Shown: positions 35,850 through 47,580 of the stretch, in pieces
Position numbering within the stretch: position 1 is the first letter of the stretch
Layout of the letters: each line of letters opens with the position of its first letter
NCBI GenBank assembly: GCA_000826855.1
Contig: JTLS01000003.1
Coordinates: forward strand, 1 to 64,000
Origin: Basidioascus undulatus
Taxonomy: Eukaryota
Direction of reading: 5' to 3'
DNA: 64,000 nt
The notes under the pieces: model-generated
What the model was told of the DNA's origin: nothing
Database searches by the model: none
Seen by the model: the letters and a program-made list of their open reading frames with translations, nothing else
Made by a program: the position numbers and the translations under genes

Positions 35850-36900
35850 TGCCCGTTGTCTACGCAAGCTTCGATCAGCGCGTGCGCCCTTGCGGCGAGA
35901 GGCACCGAATAATGAAAGGCGAGATGTCGGAGCCCTCGTTCATCTTAAAGATGACGCAGAAGCTTTCGAAAGTCTGGAAGAAGTCGATGTCGGGAGATGC
36001 GGGTCCGCTGCGATGCGAACGTGGCGAGGGATGCGGGCGTACAACGCACAGTGGCGGAACAAGATAGGCCTTTCCTGCAGAGTACGGACCGCCATGGCGC
36101 GGTCCTCCTCGTTGTAGAAGTGCACGACCAACCCGCCGTCGGGCTACCCCCTCGTGATGGAGTAAATGGGCCCGAATTCGCGCAGGCTCTCGAAAGCCGT
36201 TGTGGGATGATCTGTTCCGTATCGCGTGTCAAGCCGGCTGGCCCCCAAACTTTCTCGACCGGATGATGAGAAGGCGTACGGTTTCTTGGAGGCCAATCAC
36301 AGATGCGAAGAGGGCGTGCGGTAGGCTGTGGGTCAGGGCCCGATTCGCGCACATGAAAGCGTAGCACGCCGCGACGGTTGACCCGCGTGCCGTGGAGGCC
36401 CGCGTACGCTCTCTCGGCTACGAGTGGGGTACCGTCTCAGCGGTTTCTCGGTATCCCAAGGCTCAGGAGGCTCACCTGTCTCGATGCACTCGACACCACT
36501 TCGCTGCGCGGGATATACCCAGTACGCGAGCGCTCAATGCAGAATCTGACGGGTGCGCAAGGTGAGCAACGGCCCAGCAGCGTTGTTAGAGCTTCTCACT
36601 TGGTTCTTCCCATTTCATAGGACTTAGAGCACTGTCCGGCACGAAGCGGCCTCGAAGCCGTCCAGCCACAGCACCGGCTCGGTGAGCAGAGCCCCCGGCC
36701 ATGCGGTCGCGGTGAAGAGGTTCCAGGCATGGGATGACGGGGTGAGGTAAAAGATGCGAGAAATGAAGGAGGGACCGAGAAAACGAGCCTGGAGGCGGTC
36801 GTGGTGGAGCGAAGGCAACGCCATGGCGGACGGCTTCTTGCGACTCTCCACGTGCGGGATCGCCGCTGGTTGAATTGTACGAGAATTGGCCTGTGGAAAT
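35850..36900 (-). pseudogene. Degenerate gene, possibly an RRM-containing RNA-binding protein
   Basis: Broken frame ESLREFGPIYSITRG*PDGGLVVHFYNEEDRAMAVRTLQ resembles an RRM (F..FG.I.S; V.F...EDA..A); stop and frameshifts present. Confidence 0.3.
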
Positions 36901-38000
36901 GCCCTGAAAGTGAACTGGCCCCGTACATGTTCATGCTATGTGATACTATGGTTGCAGTTGTAAGCGGTGAAATAATCTCGTCCTTACCTATGAGCTAATT
37001 TGAGCAGCGCCTGCAGGATGCGTTGCATCGAGGTTCTGTCTGGTGAGGGAAACGTACAGAAGAATCCACGGGTTTGAAGGTCAAAAAGGCTTCTTATGAT
37101 TCAAAAGTGTCCATGTGGGCTGTGCGGTTGGCTACGAAGGCAGACGCCCCGAGTCGCGTGCAGGGATCATTGAACAGCGAGCTTGAACGCGCCGGCGTCC
37201 CGCTCCCATGAGATCTTACGCAAAGATCAACATAATATCTACTCATTACTCTACGGTGAATTAATGTACACCTGATCTTGACCAGCTTGCGAGAAGGAGG
37301 CACACCGGGCGCCATTTGCAACTGACGGTCCGTTCAGGGCCACGCTTGCCGCATTGATGACTATATTGGTCAATGCGTGTCTCCTGTTGAAAGACAAGTC
37401 CCCAGCATTTCAAATACAAGTTTTTCAATGTGCAGTACCGCATAGAGCTTGGCGGGCCATCTACGTCTGCACACGCCCCGCAGACCACGGTAGTACTAAG
37501 CCTGTTCCGCACCATTCGACGTTCAACCGCATGTCAGTACCGAGAAAAAGTAATCGTAGGTGGACGCTGGCTGCAAGGTAGGTTGCACTAGCGCGTCTCG
37601 TCCTCCGAGCCGATCACTTGCTCGCGTGTCGCAGCTCGCTAGCAGCACCACTGTACCAGTCGGTCTGGCGGGCCAGCTCCGGAGCCCTTCCACTGACAAC
37701 TTTCCCTGTGCTGTGCACAACTTCTGGCCTCACCCAGACGCTGAGCACAGGACTTGCCCAAAGCACCCTGACTGTTCGTCCCACCCCCTTCGGGGGCAAA
37801 CCCCAGCTCTATCATTGTCATTGAGCCCGTCCTTCTCTCCACGCTTCCCTCTTCCCACTTCTCAAACCCACTTCACGTTTCCCAACCCACTCCAAACCCT
37901 CAAGCCCGGCACCAACCGAAATCCCCCAATCCGCCAGCCCACGTCCCTCTACCACACCGACAAACCACCTCTCGCACGCCTCTTCCTCCTCCGCATCCGC

Positions 38001-38019
38001 AACAACAACAACAACAACA
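38001..38019 (+). repeat. (AAC)6 microsatellite
   Basis: aacaacaacaacaacaaca seen directly. Confidence 0.9.
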
Positions 38020-38343
38020 ATCAATCTCCCATCCCACCCCACCCCTACTCCTCCTCCTCGTCCTCATCGTCGTCATCCAACAACACGTGCGCCTGACTCT
38101 TGCCCCTCCCGCCCTGCGTCCCCCCGCGGCCCTGCTGCTCCCGGCGCTCGGCAATCTTGATCCTGGTGTTTCCCCAACCCCGCATGCACATGATCAGTTC
38201 TTTGCTCTTTCTCATTCTCGGGGCGGTGTAGAGAAAGAGCGGAAGGGGGGAAGGCGAGGCGGAAAGAGAACGGGGGTGGGGCGGAAGGAGGAAGGGCAGG
38301 GGCTGATCAGGGTGTGGGGTATCTGGGTGTTGGGGGTGGATAG

Positions 38344-38572
38344 GTGGGGGAACGACGAGTGGAGAACTCGGGACGGACACAGTCACGCTCGCTGATTTCA
38401 CAGTGGACAATGTCACGCTCGGTGAGTCCCCTCTTTCTTTCCCTTACGTTCGCGCTCACACCCAGCTTCTGCTACCTTCCCTTTTTCCCCCCACGTCCCC
38501 ATCATCACAACCCAGCCGCATGCGACCACGTCTCCTCCACGCTCGTCCGTTCACCCGTCAGCGGCATAATGG
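38344..38572 (+). other. Two isolated exons of a pepsin-like (A1) aspartic protease
   Basis: Exons 38344-38421 and 38516-38572 splice to GGTTSGELGTDTVTLADFTVDNVTLAACDHVSSTLVRSPVSGIMG, matching the A1 G.LGTDTV...SGI.G segment; no DTG motif exon found nearby. Confidence 0.6.
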
Positions 38573-38681
38573 GTGCGTCCCCCTTCTCCTCTCTTCCACA
38601 CCCACCTACCCTCTTTCCCCTCATCCCTCCTTCCCCCCCTCCCCTTCCTCTCGACCTCATCCTCCCCCCACCCGCTCCCAG

Positions 38682-39788
38682 GCTCGCAAACGTCATTATC
38701 GGCTCCGCTTTGGAGCAGATGGACATGGAGGTCCGCCTTCCTTCCCCCCACCTCCCGCTTCGCCACGCTGAGGTCTTGGAGGGGTTGGTGTAAAGCGCCT
38801 AATTGAAGAGCTCGGCGAGACGGTCGCCGCGCGCGCTGCGGCGGGAGAGGATGTAGACGCCGTTGCGCGCGATCTGCATGAGCGCATGGAGCGCAGGGGA
38901 GTTAGCACTAACCATGTGGCTTTTGAGGATATCTATGTGTGCGTCGCGTCTCCCCTCTCCTCCCCTCTGCTCTTCTCTCCTCTTTCTCTGCTGCCTTTCT
39001 TTCTCCCTTCTTATGCTTCCGATTGGCTTCCGCTTTTGGGCGGCGTGAGACTGACAACCTCAATGAGTGGGTAACGGACAGCGACACGGACGACGCGCGC
39101 CACAACCGCGACGTGTGGACGTCATCGACGTCTCTCGCGTTCGGGCGCAGGGCGACTAGGGTTGTACGTCCAGTCCCCTCTTCCCAATCTTCCTTCTTCC
39201 TGTCCTCTCCCTCCTCCCCCTTTCCCCTCCCACATCTTGCGCCTCTTCCTGCCGCCATCCTCTTCTCCCCCAGTCTCACCCCTCCCCTCTCCCTTTCACC
39301 CAGGCCGCTCCCGGTGCCCGCCTCACGCCCGCCTACGTTGGGGGTGCAACGCACGCGCGTACGTCCCCTCCCGCCCCAAGCGGCGGCGGTGCCCGCCGTA
39401 CGCCAACGTTCGGCGGCTTCGGGGGCGGCGGCGGTCTCTTCGGTGCCGCGACGGGTTCCGCCGGCCCGCCATCGACATTCGGCGGCTTCGTCAGCCTCGG
39501 CTCAGCCACCCCGCCGCCCGCGTACAGCGGCCCTCCGCCCCCGCCCGCGCGTTCCGCCGCCCCTGCACCACCTGAACCGCCCGCCCCAGGCGCCGCTCCC
39601 CGGGTTGGCCATACGCCGTCGGTCGTTTCGCCCGTGTCGTACCACCAGGTGCGTCTGACTTGGGAAGAAGTGTGAAGATGATGATGATCATGGTGCTGAA
39701 TGTGGGGAATACGCAGGTCCGCCGAGTCGCGCGCTCGGTCGTATCACGCAGCTCGCCGTTGGCGGACGCTGCTGGGAGGGGCGAGTAG
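38682..39788 (+). CDS. 3' half of a basidiomycete vWA-domain (vwkA-like) protein; N-terminal vWA exons not found
   Basis: LANVIIGSALEQMDME|..EELGETVAARAAAGEDVDAVARDLHERMERRGVSTNHVAFEDIY|..DDARHNRDVW..PGARLTPAY, a G/P-rich tail and VRRVARSVVSRS...*. Recognised from memory of the family only. Confidence 0.5.
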
Positions 39789-39870
39789 CGGACGGCTTGG
39801 AGGTGCCGGTGCGCCTGGGGTGGTGCATGTAGGGTATCAAAAGGAGGGTGTTGAGCGTTGCGCGTTGCGC

Positions 39871-39903
39871 GTTGAGTGTTGAGTGTTGAGTGTTGAGTGT
39901 TGA
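39871..39903 (+). repeat. (GTTGAGT)n 7-bp minisatellite, about 4.7 copies
   Basis: gttgagtgttgagtgttgagtgttgagtgttga in the 3' region of the preceding gene. Confidence 0.9.
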
Positions 39904-40739
39904 CTATTGTGATTGTTTGAATTGAGTGCTATGTTGTCGAGTTTATCATGTTGCCTGGTCATTATGTATTGCGTGTTCCGATAAATGCAGTTTGCCTTGC
40001 TATTTCACTTCTTTCGCGGGATGTCATTCATTTCAACTCTAGCGCCGCGTGTGGAGCCCAACTTGCCCGTTGCAGCTCGTGCAGCTGGAGTAGGACAGCT
40101 TCGTCAATGTGTCTATGTGGAGCTTGCCGGGGATGGCTACGCTGCCGACGACAGTCTGAAAGGACGGCGGGGCGGACACTGCGGTTTCGTTGACTCGGCT
40201 GCTTGCATGCGATTATTTCGAATCTGATTCGTCTAGTCTCTGTTCTTTCTTCTCTGTTCCCCTCTTTCTTTCTCCTTCCACCCAAACAGAACACCCTATA
40301 ATTTCGGAACGCCTACCTCGCCTCGCGCGGCGAAGGCAAGGGACAGCAGCTGTGGGTCGGCCGCACGAGCTCACCATGTTCGGCATTGCCCGTCTTCAAA
40401 ACCATCTTTTGATCCTTATAAGGTTGAAAGACGTAAGACCCATGGTTCATCGCTTCAGGGAAACCAAGCAGGCTGCGGGACGTTACTCTAACACCGCTGA
40501 TCGATAAACCGACGTCCGTGCAGCAAGTGAGAACCAACAAACCATCCGTATAAAACTTTGAACCTCAAGTTACAACCGAAACGCCATATAATTTGTTCAT
40601 CAGGTGAAACCCTCCCACCACTCTTGCCCGCTCACCCCACCCTCGTCTGCACGTCCCTCACAGTATTCGCCCATCCACCACTCCGCCACATGCACGACCT
40701 CCCTCACTCCGTCCTCACCATGGCGTATAACAAACCCAT

Positions 40740-41917
40740 AAAGGTTGTCGTTCCCCTGGCTATCAATCAGCAACAGTTTCCATCTGCACTTGCGCAGCCG
40801 CGGGCACGCAGCGGCAATCTGGCGCGCTGCTTCCCACCGGCGCGTACGGCAGCGGCGGTATCAGGGAACGTCGCGATCCTCGGTAAGCGGATCGTTTGCC
40901 TTGCAGCTCAAAGTCGTGCGAGAGGATGAGCTGCTCCAGGTCGAGTAGGGTGGACAGAGGTCGAATGAAGTCGTCCTGAGTGGTGAAGACTCGGTCAGCA
41001 AAGAGGACACGCTGACAAGATCGTGTTATTGAAGTGCACACACCTTCCAGCTCAGCGACAAGTCATCATGGCTGTTCCATGCAATAGTTAGATCCTTGAA
41101 CTTTGTGAATAGCTCGCAGATGGACTCGAGCGCCTCGGTGTCCGATATATGCGTGCGATACGCGAACGATTTTAGTCGCGGCGGCGCCCACAAGCGACCG
41201 AAGACCGAAAGGAGTGCCCGAATTAATCTCGAGCCGCACAAGCGTACGAAGTGACGGCTGAACGAGAGCGTGCAAGTGCGCGAGAGAGCTGCCTGGAGCG
41301 GGAAATGTGTCCTTCAACGACCAAAAGACTAGCCCGGCGCGGCCGGCACAAGGCACGCTTGAAATAGTGGGTTTCCCTGAGACGTGGAGGATGAGCGAAC
41401 GCAGCTTTGGGAGGGCGAATATGCAGCTGGCGAGAAGTCTTCGGAGGTCCGACAGAGGCACGATCGAGGCGTATTGCGGGAAGGGAGAGGCTGTCAAGGT
41501 TTCTGAGCGAACCGAGTGCGCTGAAGAGCCGGTCGGATACGTCCGGGGTCTGGCGGCTCCTCCAAGGGATAGGACAGTAGTCCAGATCCACGCGCATGCG
41601 TCTGCAGAACGTGGAACCTGGTCAGCTTCGCGCCTGCTAGCAGCACTTCACCATCACCTTTGGTGCACCTAATCACGCCCTTCAACTCGTCCGATGCACT
41701 CTCAGAATGACCAACGCCTCGAACCCCTTGCTCCGAGAACCAATGAGCATTTCCTGTGCGCCACCGAAGATATGCGGGAGCACGAGGGAGCGACAAGAGC
41801 GCGAGACGAGCGAAAAGTTGCCGAGGTTGGCCGGTTCGAGAAAAGCGGATACATAAATGCTAAGATCTCGGGGGCAAGGTCCAACAGCGAAAAGGTGCAA
41901 GCCACTGGGTCAGTCAT
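40740..41917 (-). pseudogene. F-box/LRR-like protein pseudogene
   Basis: The F-box is split over two frames: MTDPVACTFSLLDLAPEILAF / SAFLEPANLGNFSLVSRSCRSLVLPHIF. Downstream LRR-like pieces (LRNLDSL, ALPKLRSLILHV) lie in shifting frames. Confidence 0.6.
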
Positions 41918-42932
41918 TGCAGAGCATGTGAAGTTTGACAATGGTAATCAAGCTGAGCTGGACCAGAAGAAAGTAATGAGTGGCGCGATGCACCATGGAT
42001 AGACGGCCTCATCCTGGAATTCATTGGGTACAATGAATCAGATTTTCCGCTGATTCGCCTCGTGCAGCGCCAGCCGGCAGACTGCGCATGAGTGACACGA
42101 TCGACTGTGGAGTGGACCTTGAAAGTCACTGGAAAGTTTTAATGGGCCGAATCGTGGTAGGCTTACGTGTGGATATTCAGCGAGAACGGGGATTGAACCT
42201 TTGAATACGAGCGAGCTGACGGCGCCTCCATGCTGTGTTTCCTTGAATCTGCTTGGGAGGTGCATATCTGTCATTCTTGCGCCTAAACACGACCGCTGTT
42301 CAATGTTCCAGAGTGTTTTCAAAGATGAGAGAACTGTGGGCGTTGTAATCGGGTCGCTGAACTTTGCAGTGTTGCGGATCGAAAGCTTCCTTGTCCTTGC
42401 TACAGGCTGGGTTATGGATTTCATTGTACTCACTACCCACCAGGAGGAACGTGAAATAATTCAGACAAAGCTTTTATGTCAATTGAGGGCTCTTGGCATG
42501 AGACACCTCATGCACACATTGTCGATCCCACCGCAGGCGAGAAGCTGCCAAGGGCGTCGCCTCAGACTGTTCGACAGTGTCGTATGGTAGATAATGATGT
42601 TAGTAATAGAACGTCGAGTAATTATTAGCGGAGCTCGCACAGATGGGAGTACTAGGGCCTCCTGGCCCTTTTGCAACTGCAGCGTTGGGAGCGGGAATAC
42701 TGAACTTTGGTCGGGACGTTGGACTACCGAGTGACTCTCATAGGCTGTCGCTCTTGCCGAACTTGTTTGCGATAAATTCTCCTCATGTTCCAACAAGCAG
42801 GGCGTAGAAGGCAAAGAAGCTTTTGATTTTGGAATGAATAATGAATGTCGTGTATGCGTCGTAAAGAACAGAAGAGCGTTTCAGCAGCCATCAACCCCGT
42901 TCCCGCAGCTAGGCAGACTCCGCGTCGCCTCC

Positions 42933-44331
42933 TCAGCTGCAGCTCAACAGCGGGCCCAGCACCCTCACAGCCGTCTTGCGGTCCGCTGCGCTCACGTCCC
43001 CGCCACCGCCATTGAACGGGCTGATGCTCGCGCGGCACTCGAGCGCGTCCAGCAGCGCGATGGTAGCCTCGCCGGGGACGTCCCCGCACTGCTCCGTGAT
43101 CCCCGTCGACCAAGTGTAGATTTTGGACAGCGTGAACTTGAACTTGGCTGGGTCGGCGCAGGGAGAGGGGAACGGCCCTTGGCCGGGCTCGGTCGAGTCG
43201 ATCGCGTTGGCGCGCGGGAGGTTGATGTTGAGCGCGAGGGAAGGGGGGAGACCGCCTGTCGTTGGGAGAGTGGAAAGGGAGGGGATGAGTGCTTGGGGTT
43301 TGGGGTGGGGAGGGGCCGAAGGAAGAGCGCACCACCAGCGATGACTGCGTTCAAGACGCGCAGTGCAACGCCCGCGTACACTCGGGCGTTGTCCTGCGGT
43401 CCGCCGAGCTCAGTGAACGGTCGGTGGGTCGTGTGTGCTCCAGAAACGCTGTATATACCAACGCCTGGATAAGAACGATGCGGGGCAGGGAAACTGTATG
43501 AAAGGACGCACGCGATGGATGGCAGCCCCTGCAGGACGCCCTCTTTCGCAGCGTTGAACGTGCCGGAGATGCGAGTGACGAGGTTCAGGTTCGCTGTGGG
43601 TTGAGCAAGGTCCACTCAGTTTCCCACGCAGGTAAAATAGTTATAAAATAAGGCGCACCCCCCTCGTTCAGTCCCGCCAAGAGCAGATTGGGATCACTGC
43701 CGAGTTTCTCGAGCGTGAGGTTGGCGAGCGCGTAGCGGACGGAGGAGACCGGCGTGGTATTGACGTAGCAGAGGTTGGCTGTGTTGGAGAACAAGACATC
43801 TTCAATACGATTTCTCAGAAATGAGCAGCACGGGTCACACACGGTCGTCGTCTTCGCAGCCTGTCTCAGGGGCGCCGGCAGGCAGGAGGCCGAATTCGCT
43901 CTCGCTTTCGAGAGGGACCTGTAGGAGTCGGAAAGGCCAGAAGGGTCAGAAGATAGTGAAACATGGGGTGGGGCATTTGCGGCGAAGGACGAACCGCGTC
44001 GGCTGTCGCGTCCCCCTGCCCCGACTGCTGTGTCGCCGGCGCGGCCATGAGGACCTGGTGGCCTGCGTCTTTCAGGGCTCCGTACAGCGCCCGAACATTA
44101 GCTGTGCCCCAGGTATCACTGTTCAACCCGTCAGCCCTGATGTGAAGTCCGGTGTCGGTGCCGAGCAAGAGGGCGCACTCGTCTGCGATTCGCGACCGGA
44201 TGGCGAGTGGAGCGTCAGCAGCGATCGAGCTTGGTGGGGGACGCGATCGACAAACTCGTGAGGAGGATCTTGAGCGCTTCCGCTTGAGAGAGTGCGCATG
44301 CGAGGGCGAGGATGGTAAGGGAGAGGAGCAT
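42933..44331 (-). CDS. Secreted SurE-family 5'/3'-nucleotidase / acid phosphatase
   Basis: Signal peptide MLLSLTILALACALSQAEA; KILLTNDDTWGTANVRA (via microexon); APATQQSGQG; YVNTTPVSSVRYAL; ISGTFNAAKEG; ends LGPLLSCS*. Confidence 0.85.
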
Positions 44332-45099
44332 CGCGCGTGGTGAAGGGGTATACAGTGTGGTGAGCGTGTGGGCGTTAGAACGACGAAAGCTCGAACGGCA
44401 GGGTGGGTATAGAGTAAGTCGTGACTGAAGTGGGTATGAGGGGGGTATGCGAGGGGGGTGAAGAGGGAAGACGTAGAGTGAGAGATGGTGGCGGTAGGAG
44501 GGAAATAGGCGAACGATGAAACGATCGGCAACGGCAAGAACGGGGCTCGTCGCGTGAAGGCGCCGCTGCCGGACGACTGCATGAGCTGCACGTGCCTGTG
44601 CCAGGTACCGGCTACCATGGCGCTTCCATCGTCGTTTTCTCATTATTTGGGTGCGCTTGGAGGCGAGGATCGCCAAGTTCGAGCTGGGATGCACAGCCGT
44701 GCTTGATGTTCTGAGATGCGTGGACGATGTGGTACAAGCAGGAGCAGAAACGGACACGGCCTTCGGACCGAGGAGACGCAGTTGAGTCGTTGCGCCTCCC
44801 CGATGTCGTTGGGGCAAGCTGGAAAGTCTGGATTCAGTTTAAGAGGGCGATGTATCTTTTACGTTAGAGTTGAACCATTAGGGCACGAATGGCCTGGATG
44901 ACCAGCGTTCAACTGAACGCGTCGTCTTCTCGCACCCGCTCTTCGCAGCCACCCCTCCAATGCCCCACCATTCCAGCTTCCAATTCAAGGATCCATTTCA
45001 AGGCTCAGTATTTATAAATTGCACTCGGTCCCCGCGGAGGAACAACAAGATACGCAGTCAAACGGAGCGTTCATCAAAGTGTCTTTCAAGGTCCAATCA

Positions 45100-46000
45100 T
45101 CGTCCCTCTACCCATGCCTCTGCTGCTCCTCCATGTACTCCTCGTCCGCCCGCCTCGAAAGGGTCTCCTTGTCCTCCCCGTGCGCCTCAACATGCTCCTC
45201 GGTAACCTCCGCTTCACGCGTGCGCTTGTCCGCCTGCTCCCTGCGCGCTCTTGGACAGCTTGCGCTTCGGCAGGACACCCCACTCCTCCGTGAGCTCGTC
45301 CATGAGCTCGGATTCGCCCTTGTGCCCGCTCCACTGAAATGAGAATGAAGTTAGGATTAAGCGAGAAGCTTGAGAAAGACAAGGTAACGATGATCCCGAC
45401 TGACCTTGGGGACACCGTCGTGAATCTCCATGATGCGCTCTCTGAAAGCCGGCAGTGAGTCTGCGCGTAGGCAAGTTCAAACGCACCGAGATACGCACTT
45501 GTAGAACTGTGACACGACGGAGGAATCAGTTTCTTATCTTTGAAAGGAGTCGCAGAAGACAGGACTGACGATGTGTGCCGTAGGCATGAAGCTGTCTGGG
45601 ATTCGCCCCACGCGCTTCCACTCGTTGCCTTCGTCTGCAGGGTGGAAGATGAAGGAGCTCGGGTATCTGCAGCGCTCATTGCACGTCAGCCACCAGATTC
45701 GCAGTCCCCCTCTAAAACATCATATGGACAGGCACGCGAGGACCTGTCATAAGCATGGCGGAGTCAACGCAGGGCAGAAAGAGGAAAGGCAGCAGTCTCG
45801 GGCGCACCATGTTTCTTCCCTCGTCAGCTAGAGGCGACCGGCAATTTCTGGCAGTCCCGGCCGAATATAGCTGGGAATCTTGGCTGGATGCTTGAACACA
45901 CACCTGCACGAGATCTTGCACGGGACGTGGTGGTCCGAGTTGCGGGTTGCTGTGCTGTTCGGGAAGTTCTCGGCGTCAGGGCGCGTGAAGATTCTCAGAA
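45100..46000 (-). pseudogene. Degenerate multi-exon coding fragment, family not recognised
   Basis: Exon-like pieces RYPSSFIFHPADEGNEWKRVG, LPAFRERIMEIHDGVPK and WSGHKGESELMDELTEEWG between intron-like sequences; frames are inconsistent near the 3' end. Confidence 0.3.
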
Positions 46001-47580
46001 GGAGTAAGGACATGGCCGAGAAAAATCTTATAGTAAGAGCGCACCTGTAGAAATCCAGATGCTCGCTGCCCTTCACCAGCCTGACGGCGGTCTACGGATG
46101 ACAACTGTCAGAGGACGAAAGCCGGAACCACGAAGACCTAGCTAACCTTGTGGAACAGCGCAGCCCATTGGAACGGTGCTCCTGGAAAAAAAAAAAAAAC
46201 TTGAAGGCATATTTGGACTCGGGTTTGGATTCTAATGAACCGACGAACCATGCAGCTTCTGGCATTGGTGGCAGTGGCAGTGCTTGGCGTCTATGGGGTC
46301 CGATTGCGAACTCGAATACCACTATTGAAGTAAGGGATTGAGAAACGGTACGGGGTGTTTAGAGTCCGCATCAGCTTACCTGCACCGCACCAGCATTTAC
46401 TCTGACCATACCAGCATATTAAGCCCCACCCCTCCTCCCAATCGGCAGGAACTGACGCACGGTGTACTTGGCTATGAACTTTTCGCTGTTCCAGGTGTCT
46501 GATCATGGCAGCCCTCTCAGTTCGACCATTTCCCAACAGCTTTCATAAGGAAGAAGCACGTACACGGCGGCTTGATAATCCAGTCCTTCTCCGTGTCACC
46601 ACCCTCCCGCGAAGGACTTCATGGAGCAAGAAAGTGATTAGTCCCCGAATATGCTCCAGCGATTGAAACCACCCACATCGGCTCTTCCCACCCGGTCTCA
46701 GGAGGCTTTGACGACATTCTTGGTGAAGTAGAGAAGTTGAAACGGAGAGGAAGAGTGGTGGCGGGGGAGACGTGCGCGAAGGTTGTCGTTGTGAAGGGTA
46801 CGGGCAAGACGCGTAGCATGCGCGATGGATGGGAGCTCGAAGGATGCAGGGTTGGCTGACTTTCGGGTCTTTGATTCGATTCACGTATGTCGCTAATAGC
46901 ATTGGTGTTGGGCCGTGGAGAAGCAATAATGAGGGTTGTGTTCACCTCAGTGAGGTCATCATGAGGCCGTGAGACCTTGCACGCTCGTGGGTCGCGTGAA
47001 CGTCTTCGACGGAGGGTTCTTCAAGATCTGACCGACATGAAAACAGCGCGAAGCGTGTATGTTTACATCTAAAACCGGGTTGGATATCCCATATACGTAA
47101 TATGCCGCTCAGTACCCGAAATCGAGTCGTGCTTCATGGAGGTGGAGCGCAGAGAGCAGCGGAAACACACCGCCGCACGACTAACGAAGACGTTTTATAG
47201 AGCAATGTATGATTTTCAGTTTTGCTGATGAAGTTGAGATCCTTTTTGGACCCATTCGGTAGGAGGATTTCCGGAATGTCCATTGTATCTGTTGCGTTCC
47301 CAGTACTGGCTGCCGTAGCAGCGACTGGCTTCCCCGACTCAGTTGGCCGGAGATGAACATAATGCTCGGCGTCAGATACAGGCAAGTTAACTGCTGGCCT
47401 CGTCTTTCAGATATATGAGATAGTGTTTCCTCATCCCATCTACCGTGGACAGCAACTGCGTAGCCGGTAGCTGGTCAAGCAAGCTTGTGCGCCCGAATCG
47501 GTGGATGGTTCGTAAGATGTGCATTTTCATTCATTTGTATCAGATTTCTTTGCCATTTCCTCCTTACCCAACGCCCAACT

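Noticed and set aside
39871..39903. GTTGAGT repeat as an interstitial telomere
   Set aside because: Not TTAGGG-like and very short; an ordinary minisatellite.
46543..47385. Short minus-strand ORFs downstream of CYP53
   Set aside because: No identifiable family or splice structure.
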